Shown piece after piece: positions 17,716 to 26,700 of a stretch of DNA of 52,887 nucleotides. The stretch covers positions 1 through 52,887 of IMG/VR virus record IMGVR_UViG_3300042549_005911, one strand, 5' to 3'. The translations under genes were made by a program, and so were the position numbers. The DNA is from a virus (Duplodnaviria; Caudoviricetes). The notes below the pieces were generated by a model. That model did no database searches. It saw only the letters and a list, made by a program, of their open reading frames with translations, and was not told the origin of the DNA. Position 1 is the first letter of the stretch, and the number at the start of each line of letters is the position of its first letter.

Positions 17716-18218
17716 TGTTCGCAGAGCAAGTCGCTAAGTTCGCCCAAAGGACGGAACGCCGACTTGCTCGAACGGTTTCCGGCGCCGCGACTAAACTTGC
17801 GACAAATATCATCAAAGCCACGCCGATTGACCTAGAGTATGGCCCTAAGGGTAAGTCTTGGCTGCACGACCCCAGCAGCGTAGGCCGGGCACGCGGCGGT
17901 TGGATTGCAGGGTTTGACACTAATCTTAGTTCAAATAATACGCCGCTAGACCCCACGGGAGATGCGACTTCTCGTAACGCTGCGGGCACATATGCCTTAT
18001 ATTCTCCGCGTGTCCACACGACGCTCTACCTCGTCAACACGGTGGGTTATATCGGCACATTGGAATTTGGTAGGTATGAAATACCAGATGATTTCCGAAA
18101 CAAGACGCTCCCCTCCGGATTTTCTTTCCAAGCGCCTTATGGCATGATGCGCGTCAATGCCAAGGCGTGGCCCTCTCTCGTCTCCAATGCGGCCCGCGCG
18201 GCTAGGACAGTTCGATGA
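17715..18218 (+). CDS. Neck protein, HK97 gp10-like
   Basis: TPID...GRARGGW, YLVNTVGYIGTLEFG, QAPYGMMR. Confidence 0.75.
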   Translation: MFAEQVAKFAQRTERRLARTVSGAATKLATNIIKATPIDLEYGPKGKSWLHDPSSVGRARGGWIAGFDTNLSSNNTPLDPTGDATSRNAAGTYALYSPRVHTTLYLVNTVGYIGTLEFGRYEIPDDFRNKTLPSGFSFQAPYGMMRVNAKAWPSLVSNAARAARTVR

Positions 18219-18625
18219 GTTTGAAGTCAATCCGCAATGCCCTAAACGCGCGTCTCAACAGCCTTTCTTCGCTTCCTAGTGTGGCGTGGGAGAATGTGTC
18301 TTTTACGCCCAAGACCACGGAAATCCATTTGCGGGTGAACTTCTTACCTGCGCCAACGCGCCCCGCCGCCAACCATAAGAGCGCTATGGATTTCGAGAGT
18401 GGCGTCTATCAGGTTGACGTTTACGCGCCGCAAGATCAAGGCCCCAACCCCGCTTCTGACTTGGCGGAGAGGATTAGGCAGCACTTCTATCGGGGTCTAG
18501 CTGTGACAAGCGACTCTATTTCAGTCAACATTGAAGCCACGCCGAGTATGGCCTCAAATGACCGAGAAGGCCCGTTCTGGCGTATCCGACTGACTGTTCC
18601 TTGGTTTGCTTACGTCCCGACTTAA
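18215..18625 (+). CDS. Tail terminator
   Basis: VAWENVSFTP, GVYQVDVYAP, AERIRQHF; lies before the tail tube gene. Confidence 0.8.
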   Translation: MSLKSIRNALNARLNSLSSLPSVAWENVSFTPKTTEIHLRVNFLPAPTRPAANHKSAMDFESGVYQVDVYAPQDQGPNPASDLAERIRQHFYRGLAVTSDSISVNIEATPSMASNDREGPFWRIRLTVPWFAYVPT

Positions 18626-18726
18626 CAACGCATTGACTTGCTAGGAGCCATTCAATTATACGTGGAAAGGTATATATTTTTTAGCGGCAACGCATTTTTG
18701 CCGCCCTAAGTTCTCAGGAGAACAAC

Positions 18727-19926
18727 ATGAGCGGTTCAATTGCAGCGGGCTCACTTACCGAAATTGGCTATGTTGCTGAAGTCACTTTCGGCACAACCCC
18801 GGTCAGTTCGGCTTTTCAGCGCGTTCGCGACGTAAGTTTCTCGGTCAATCTTCAGAAGGAAGCCTATCAGTCGGAGGAGCGTCGCTCTGACCGTATGCGC
18901 CAAGATGTGCGCCACGGCTATCGCTCTGTCACTGGTGACATTGTTGGTGAGCTTTCTCAGCAGTCTTGGGATGACTTTATTGAAGCCATCATGGGCGGCA
19001 CTTGGGCAACCGGCGCTTCGGCTCCTTTCACCAGCGTTGCTTCCAACTCGGCCACCAATCGCATTACGGTAGGCTCAGCCAACTTCCCGACGCTTGGGGT
19101 TCGCGTTGGCGACGTTTTCGCAATCACCGCAACCCCCGCAGTGGCGGGTTTGACTGATCGCTTCTTCACCGCACTGAGCGTCGGCGTGTCCACCATTGAG
19201 GTTGAGCCCGGCACTATCGGGACCACGGCTACCGCTTCCGCTGTTATTGCAGTTGCAGGCCGCAAGGTTGCCATCGGCACTACCTATCGCTCTTTCACCA
19301 TCGAGCGTTGGTTGACAGACCGCAGCCTATACCAGCAGTTCCGTGGCGTCCGTTTGAACCAGATGACCATTTCCATCCCGGCTTCTGGCCTAGTAAGCGT
19401 GACGTTCGGTGTTATCGGACAGAACGGCACAGGGTTCTCTGCATCTTCTGTGGCTTCTACCTACACCGCTGCACCGCAGACCACCCCCTTTGCTGCTGTC
19501 AACGGCGAGTTGTATGAAGGCGGCGCTGTTCTTGGCCTTGTCACCGCTGCCGAGTTGACTGTCAACAACAACATGGCAGGGCCTCAGGTAGTTGGCGCCA
19601 ACGTGACGCCTGACCTTCTTTTTGGTCGATTTGCCGATGTGAGCGGCACGATTACCATTTTGTTCACCAATGCTGACATGCACAACAAGTTCGTGAACGA
19701 GACGGAATCGACACTTATTCTGCGGCTTCAGAATAAGGATTCGCTCGACAGCACGACTGAGTTTGTAACCCTCGTTCTACCCCGTATCAAGTACAGCGGC
19801 GGTGACGTGGACGATAGCCCCGACACGGGCATCACCGTGACCATGCCTTTCGTGGCGCTGAAGCCCCTTGCAGCCAACGTCACGCAAGGCACGTCTTCGC
19901 TCTCGATCCAGCGCGGTAACGCGTAA
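18727..19926 (+). CDS. Major tail tube protein
   Basis: YVAEVTFGTTP, GDIVGELS, SFTIERW, LPRIKYSGG; AGGAG RBS; position. Confidence 0.88.
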   Translation: MSGSIAAGSLTEIGYVAEVTFGTTPVSSAFQRVRDVSFSVNLQKEAYQSEERRSDRMRQDVRHGYRSVTGDIVGELSQQSWDDFIEAIMGGTWATGASAPFTSVASNSATNRITVGSANFPTLGVRVGDVFAITATPAVAGLTDRFFTALSVGVSTIEVEPGTIGTTATASAVIAVAGRKVAIGTTYRSFTIERWLTDRSLYQQFRGVRLNQMTISIPASGLVSVTFGVIGQNGTGFSASSVASTYTAAPQTTPFAAVNGELYEGGAVLGLVTAAELTVNNNMAGPQVVGANVTPDLLFGRFADVSGTITILFTNADMHNKFVNETESTLILRLQNKDSLDSTTEFVTLVLPRIKYSGGDVDDSPDTGITVTMPFVALKPLAANVTQGTSSLSIQRGNA

Positions 19927-19936
19927 TAAGGCCCTC

Positions 19937-19970
19937 GTCAACGGCAAAAGAGCAATCTTTTGCCGTTGAC
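19937..19970 (+). terminator. Perfect 15-bp hairpin after the tail tube gene
   Basis: GTCAACGGCAAAAGA-GCAA-TCTTTTGCCGTTGAC. Confidence 0.6.
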
Positions 19971-20000
19971 AAGGCCTCTCTTTGATTTGAAAAATAAAAT

Positions 20001-20279
20001 ATGAGCGGGTATTCATACTCCTTCCATCGCTTTGACGATAGAGACGGTTTTCTACAGGCCTGCCTTGACGCAGGTTTTCAATTCCATGAAGGCGTCCCGT
20101 GCCCGAGTGAAGGCGACGCTATTGACGACATCGGCACTCTGGTTGACCAAGAGAGTGAGGATGACCTTCCTGTTGTTCTGCCAGGATACCATGTTAACAT
20201 GGCTTGGAAGAACGATATGAACTCTGCGTTTGCGGCTTCGGAAGTCTTCCCGCAAAATCCACGCAGGCTTTGGTTTTAA
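20001..20279 (+). CDS. Small acidic hypothetical protein, possible fibre-associated factor
   Basis: DDIGTL, PGYHVN, PQNPRRLW motifs resemble small phage proteins found next to fibre genes (from memory, low certainty). Confidence 0.6.
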   Translation: MSGYSYSFHRFDDRDGFLQACLDAGFQFHEGVPCPSEGDAIDDIGTLVDQESEDDLPVVLPGYHVNMAWKNDMNSAFAASEVFPQNPRRLWF

Positions 20280-20311
20280 CATATTTAGTGATGGGGTGAA
20301 AAAGCGAGGCG

Positions 20312-22744
20312 ATGAGCGGTAGTATCGCAGCAGGCTCGCTTGCCGAATATACTTATGTCGCGGAAAGCGTCTTTGGCTCTACGCCTGTAGGCCAACCGTT
20401 TAAGCGTATCCGTGACGTAAATCTCAACGTCAACCTACAAAAAGAAACTAGGCAACCTGACGCTAGGCTCTCGTCCCGAGTGCGACAAAATCTATTCCAC
20501 GGATATAGGAGTGTAGCGGGGGACATTGTAGGCGAGGTTTCAGAACAGTCTTGGGATGATCTGCTTGAAGCAGCCATAGGCGGAACGTGGGCGACGGCGG
20601 CACCTATCGCGAGTGCGTTTACGGCGAGTGTTGATGCAGCGAACAGCCGCATCACCTGCCTAACCGCAGGCTATGACCTGATTTCAAACGGCTTCAGGGA
20701 TGGCGAAGTTTTCTACCTTACTTCTCCAAATGGGCCTGTGGCTGGTATAACGGGTGTATATCTTACCGCAGTTAGCGTTTCCGCATCGACAATCCAAGTA
20801 GAGCCGGGGACTCTTACCTCTACTTCTTCAAGTGTCGCCGTCAATCGTGTGTATGAGGTAGGGCGCAAAGCATCGCTTGAGGGCACGTATCGTTCTTTTA
20901 CTGTTGAACGTTGGCTCTCAGACCTCAATCTCTACCAGCAGTTCAAGGGTATCCGAGTTAATCAGGTCACGTTCTCTGTGCCTGCTTCCGGCCTCGCTAC
21001 TCTTTCCTTCAATCTTATAGGCCGGGATGCTTCTTCTTTCTCCTCTACAAGCACTGCCTCTACATATGCGGACGCCGCACAAACAACGCCATACACAGCT
21101 ATAAATGGCACGCTCTTTGAAGGCAGCAATGTCCTTGGCGTGGTTACTGCGGCTGAAATTTCGATCAACAACAGCATGTTGGCGCCGCAGACGGTGGGCT
21201 CCGAAACTGTATCTAATATCTTCTTCGGACGTTTTGTAGAAGTAACGGGGCAGATTAGCGTTCTTTTTTCAAGTTCATCCGCTTTCGATAAGTTTATCCA
21301 AGAGACAGAATCCAAACTTATACTGCAATTGCAGAATACACAGGCCCTAGACGCGGATACAAAATTCATAAGCATCGTCATCCCACGCCTAAAATACTCT
21401 GGCGGCAGCATAGATACTACTTCGGATAGCGGGGTTACTGTCTCACTCCCCTTTGTGGCGTTGACACCACTTGCGGCAAATCCGCAACAGGGCACAGCGC
21501 CTATTTATATCCAAGCAAGCAACTTAGTCCCTAGGACGCAGACTTTTAGTTTTCTAACTGGCGTGCCTTCAGGATGGACCTACAGCCGCGCCAGCAACGC
21601 TACGTATTTCAATAGTTCAGGTGTTTTGACTGTTGCGAGTGCGGATGTTGCGCGGGTTGACTACAACCCGAATGGTTTGGCGTTGCGAGGCTTGGCGTTA
21701 GAACCCTCTCGCACAAATTGGGTTCGCAACAGCATCGCTAGTGCTACGGTAGCAGGAACGCCGGGAACGCTACCTACGACTTGGAGCGGGGGCACTCAAA
21801 CAAGCGTAACACGGCAGATCGTCGGGGCAGGCACCGAGGATGGTATCGAATATATTGATATAAGATGGGCAGGAAATGGCGGGGAGGCTGCGTTTGAATT
21901 GGTTCTCGATGGAGGAACGCACGCTTCTGCGGCAAACGGGCAAGTCTGGGTAGGCACCGTTTTTCTAAAATTGGTCGCTGGTTCTTTTACAGGATTAGGC
22001 GGGACAGGCCCAAGAATTTATGAATTTCCCGGCGTGTCACAAACCACAACGGACATAAGAAGCACTGTGACCGGCGCTACTCTTAGAACTCAGCGAATCC
22101 AGGTAACAAGAACAAATGTAAACGCGGGCACTACCTACGAGCAAATGCGTTTTCTCATAACACCATCGGCAACAGCATGGGACTTTACGTTGCGTTTTGG
22201 CCTACCACAACTAGAACTAGGCAATACGATTACCAGCCCGATCAAGACTTCAGGAGCAACAGTCACTCGCGCTGCTGACCGCTTAACTTATAGTCTAAGT
22301 GCAAATGCACCTTGGTTCCAATCTCCTAACGGGTATGCGTATTCAGTTGAATTTTTGTCCGCAAGCAACTCGCAAGGTAGTGGCATAGTGTATGCTGGGA
22401 CATCAGGTGGCTCTTTTAGCAATACCTCATACTTTACTGAAAATTTCACATATCTCATAAACGGGGTAGGAGATAACGGCGTTAGTCTGACCGCTCAATT
22501 CCGCGCCGCCTTCACCGCCAATAAAGTAGGCGCTTCAATCAATTATGCTGGCGCTCGATATTCAATAAACGGAGCAGCCCTTACCGCATCTACGTTTGCA
22601 CGCGCAGGCTATGCGGCTATGACAAACGTATCTGTTTTAAGCTCACCTTGGGGAGGAGGTAACTACGTTATCGGCTGGGCGCGCTCAGCTACGCTCTCAA
22701 ATTACTTTTACTCTGACAGTGAATTGCGAGCCCTTACAACTTAA
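20312..22744 (+). CDS. Second tail-tube paralogue with a ~400-aa C-terminal spike/lectin-like extension
   Basis: First ~400 aa are colinear with 18727..19926 (MSGSIAAGSL, SFTVERW, PRLKYSGG). Then YSRASNATYFNSSGVL..ARVDYNP..GLALEPSRTN and TSPIKTSGATVTRAAD. Confidence 0.85.
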   Translation: MSGSIAAGSLAEYTYVAESVFGSTPVGQPFKRIRDVNLNVNLQKETRQPDARLSSRVRQNLFHGYRSVAGDIVGEVSEQSWDDLLEAAIGGTWATAAPIASAFTASVDAANSRITCLTAGYDLISNGFRDGEVFYLTSPNGPVAGITGVYLTAVSVSASTIQVEPGTLTSTSSSVAVNRVYEVGRKASLEGTYRSFTVERWLSDLNLYQQFKGIRVNQVTFSVPASGLATLSFNLIGRDASSFSSTSTASTYADAAQTTPYTAINGTLFEGSNVLGVVTAAEISINNSMLAPQTVGSETVSNIFFGRFVEVTGQISVLFSSSSAFDKFIQETESKLILQLQNTQALDADTKFISIVIPRLKYSGGSIDTTSDSGVTVSLPFVALTPLAANPQQGTAPIYIQASNLVPRTQTFSFLTGVPSGWTYSRASNATYFNSSGVLTVASADVARVDYNPNGLALRGLALEPSRTNWVRNSIASATVAGTPGTLPTTWSGGTQTSVTRQIVGAGTEDGIEYIDIRWAGNGGEAAFELVLDGGTHASAANGQVWVGTVFLKLVAGSFTGLGGTGPRIYEFPGVSQTTTDIRSTVTGATLRTQRIQVTRTNVNAGTTYEQMRFLITPSATAWDFTLRFGLPQLELGNTITSPIKTSGATVTRAADRLTYSLSANAPWFQSPNGYAYSVEFLSASNSQGSGIVYAGTSGGSFSNTSYFTENFTYLINGVGDNGVSLTAQFRAAFTANKVGASINYAGARYSINGAALTASTFARAGYAAMTNVSVLSSPWGGGNYVIGWARSATLSNYFYSDSELRALTT

Positions 22745-22830
22745 AATACGTTTACGCTTGACTTGGCGATGTTCCTTTGCCAAAACACTTTCGGTCCCAC
22801 TTTGAAAAGACCCAGGAGGTCTCGCTTCTC

Positions 22831-23232
22831 ATGTCACTAGACGCCCTCGCCGTCGATGTTTCCAACGCCGTCCCTATCACCATCCTACACCCAAAGACGC
22901 GCCAACCGCTGCGCGATGCGGCAGGTAAGGAAGCCTTCATTTCCGTGGTCAGCCTTGACAGCCCCGAAGTGCAGAAGGTGCAGAAGGCCGCGCTCAACAA
23001 GCGCCTGAAGATGCGTGGGCGCGTCACCATGACCGCTGATGAGCTTGAGGCGGAGCGTGCTGAGGCGCTGGTTGCTGCCACCAAGGACTGGTATCTGGTA
23101 GGCCTTGACGGCTCTCCGCTGAACGCGCCGCTGAACGATACGACTGCGCGCACGATCTACACAGACCTTCGCTTCTCGTGGATCAAGGAGCAGGTTAGCG
23201 AGGCGCTTGACGACCGCGCCACGTTTCTTTGA
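22831..23232 (+). CDS. Tail assembly chaperone (G-like)
   Basis: AGGAGG RBS; position before the tape measure gene; ends WIKEQV...DDRATFL. Confidence 0.8.
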   Translation: MSLDALAVDVSNAVPITILHPKTRQPLRDAAGKEAFISVVSLDSPEVQKVQKAALNKRLKMRGRVTMTADELEAERAEALVAATKDWYLVGLDGSPLNAPLNDTTARTIYTDLRFSWIKEQVSEALDDRATFL

Positions 23233-23698
23233 GGATAGCTTATCCTTTCTCAAGGAACACGCGGAACGCTACTTCGCGCTTAACCTGAAGAAAGAAGACG
23301 GGTCGAGTGAGGCGGATAGCCTCACTCGCGCCCTATCTGCGGTTAGCCGCAGAACAGACAGCGCCTCAAAGCAGCAGAAACTTGAGATTGAGGCGCGGCT
23401 AGACCTACCCCCCATGCCAGAAGAATTTACTTTTGCGTGGGGGAGTTTTGTTGACCTGCAATCAACCCGTGGGTCAAATGGGTTCTCGTCAAACCCGATC
23501 ACTTATTTAGAAATAGAAGCCTATATCCGCCTATCCGGCCGCGTATTGCTTCCGCATGAGATACGCGCTATAAAAGTAATTGACACCGCATTTCTCGAAG
23601 CCCAAGCCGACCTCGCCAAAGCAGCAAGGGCCGCTAAAGATGCGTCAAAGAAATCTGAACAAATGCCTGCGCCAAAGAGATCGACTAGACGGGGGTAG
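23207..23698 (+). CDS. Tail assembly chaperone extension (T-like), probably reached by frameshift
   Basis: Overlaps the G-like stop in the +1 frame; W..F..L..TR.SNGF..NPITYLEIEAY...E...IKVID. Confidence 0.75.
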   Translation: MTTAPRFFEDSLSFLKEHAERYFALNLKKEDGSSEADSLTRALSAVSRRTDSASKQQKLEIEARLDLPPMPEEFTFAWGSFVDLQSTRGSNGFSSNPITYLEIEAYIRLSGRVLLPHEIRAIKVIDTAFLEAQADLAKAARAAKDASKKSEQMPAPKRSTRRG

Positions 23699-23700
23699 GG

Positions 23701-26700
23701 TTGTCGGATTCAGTTGCTAATCTTACAGTCAAAGTTGATACCAAGTCGGTCAGCGCCGCAGTTCAGGCGTTGGATAAACTTGCGGCGGTTGCGGCTAAGG
23801 TAGAAGAGTCTCTAAAAGGTATTGGTGGTAAGGCTCCAGGACTAGGTAGGGGAGCGGGAGGGGCTGAGGAAGGGGCTAAGAAGTCTGAGCGCGCATTGGC
23901 GAAAATGGAGAAGCGCCTAGAAGACGGCGCCAAGAAGTATGAGCAGATTACCCGGCTAGTCAACAAATATGCTTTGTCAGAAGGTATGCGCGCGGACACT
24001 ATGAACCGCGTTAATCGTGCTTTTGAGCAGTATAACCGCGTGGCGGGCAACGTCAATGCAACCACAATTCAGATGGACCGTGCGACCCGCCGCTACAATC
24101 AAGCGATTGAGCAGACTAAGACGGGTATTGACTCTGTTATTAAACTTGAGAATCAGCGCAATGCAGAAAGACGGAAAAGCGAAAGAGAGCAAGACGCCGC
24201 AACTAAAGCCGCTGAAAAGGCGCGGCAACAAGAAATCAAAGATACGCGTGCTCTTGAACGGGTCTTACAACAGGCACAAACCCGTGTGTCTGGTATATCT
24301 CTGCGCGCTAGCAGGCAGACTCCGTTAGAACAAGCGTTCCGCATTGACGATAGTGCGCAACGGGCGCTGAACCAATACGCTTCAACCCTAAAACAATACG
24401 GGACGGGCAGCCTCCAAGCTGAGACAGCTTCGGGTAAATTCAACCGTTCAATGCAGGCTTTGAGCAACGAAATTGCTAAAACTGGCGGCCTTCTCACGCG
24501 TGTGAGCGACAACGCCCGCGTCTTCTCGGCAGCTTTTGGCGCGGCTAACGCCTCGTTGGGCGGCTTTAGTCGCGTAGCGTTCAATACCTCGGCGGCACTG
24601 AGCGCGCTTTCAGGCACTCTTGCATTGCGTGAGATCATTCAAGCGGGCCTAGAAATTGATAAGTTTGTTAACACGTTAAAAACCGTTTCAGAAGGCTCTC
24701 TGGGTTTTCAACGTAATCTTAATTTCCTTTTTGAAGAAGCAAACCGAGTTGGCTTTGCTGTTGGCGATGTAGGCAACTCTTTTGCGCGCCTATCTCTGGC
24801 TATGAAAGGTGCTGGCTTCCAAGGCGCAGAGACACGAGAAGTCTTCTCTGAGTTGGTAGCTGCCTCTCGTAACTTCGGACTTTCTTCTGCTGAGACAATG
24901 GGCGTCATTCGGGCCTTGGAACAATCCATGTCCAAGGGCAAGTTCATGGCTGAAGAAGTGCGAAATCAGATGGGCGACCGCCTGCCTGTTGCGATGGCAG
25001 CACTTGAGCGCGCGGTTACAAAGGTTGACGGCAAGCAATCGGATTTGAATAAGCGGTTTGAAGAAGGCACGATTGATACAAAGCGCTACGCAGTAGAATT
25101 TGTTCGGCAAATCTACGCCATGTCTGGTGGCGCGGAAACCCTCAACCGCACGTCACAGTCTGTTGGTTCTGCGTTCGGCAGGCTCACGACCGAATTGACC
25201 AAAACCAATATGCTTTTCAAGGAAGCGGGTTTTGATGAAGCATTGATTTCTACTACTGACCAAATCCGCAAGTTGATTGAAACCGCCCGTGAATCTGGCG
25301 CGGTTGAAGTCCTTGCTAAGTCGCTTGTAACTCTAGCCAATAACCTCGATTTGGTGGCGGGGGCTCTTACCGCGTTTGCTGCTGTTGGTTTCGTTCGTAT
25401 TCTAACGGCGCTAGCGTCTAAGTGGGTGGCCATCGGCCTCGCCGTTGCAGCGGTTGGTGCGGGTATCGCGGGTTTGATGCGCGGCCCTGCGAGAGACTTG
25501 GATCAATTTGATAAGACAGTAAAGCAATTTGATAAAACATACGCGAATTTGTCCGAACGCATCAACGCGGTGAACGCCTCTTTGATATCCGGCACTTCGC
25601 GAGCAGCTTCAAGTGCAGAAAGTGATTTTGAAAAGCTGATTACTTCTTACAGGAAACTTGGATACGAGGCTTCCAAGGCGCTGGTTATGGCGCTCAAAGT
25701 GCAGGAAGAAGAGGCCAAGAGGAGCGTAAAAGAACTTGAAACTCGGATAGAAGAGGCTCAGAACCGCCTTTCTTCTATCATGCCCAAAGCGGAGTTTTTT
25801 CAAGTTGTCAGTTTCTTGCAAACAGCAGCGGGAGCGCTCCCTGCGTATAACACGCAGATTCTTAAGGCTGTAGAAAACCTAAACACTTGGTATGAAAGTG
25901 TTAAAAAAGGGGAAATGCCTCTAGCGGATTTTGTAGAAAAACTTTCTAAAATTCAATCAGAAATGCAAGTTATTATCGAAAAAACGCCAGACGGTTCAGG
26001 AGCACTATCCGCGTTCTCTAACGCAGCAGCAAATTTTATAAAGATTATCCAAAGCCCCGTCAATTTGCAGAATATCGGTAACGCTATTTCTGAAGTTCTC
26101 CGGTTAACTGGATTGCTTGGCACAGCCCAACAAGGCTTACAATCTCTTACTTCGCTCCGCCAAAATATTGAAGGCGGTCGTCCCTTAGAAGCAATTCCCC
26201 CGGTAGAAAACCTACCTATGGCCCCGGGGTCACGAACGCGACTGAATTTTAGCGGATATGTTTCAGTTAAAGAGGCCCAAGACTTAAAGGCTGGCGAACA
26301 AGTTCTCCAAGACGCATACCGGCGAACAAACAAAGACGCTAAGGCTGTTGTCAATACGACTTTGTATTTGGAGCAAGTCAGAGAGGCAGCGAGGCTCGGG
26401 GACGTAAATGCAATAAAAATTTATGCCGACTATAACGCCGCACTCGCCAAAAACGATACAAAGATAACAGGCACAGAAAAAAGCCTCCGTAAATACACGG
26501 AAACGCTTCAAATTGAGCTTGACACACACCAAGGGCTCCTGGAAGCCTACAAGCAAAGCACGCTTGCTGGCGACGATATGGAAGTGCAGATCAAGGCGCA
26601 GACCAAGGCGCTTGATTACGGCACCAAGGGTTCTATTGAGTATAAGAACGCGCTTGCGGCCATCTTGCCTTTGATGCGCCAAAGGTCAGACCAAGAAAAA

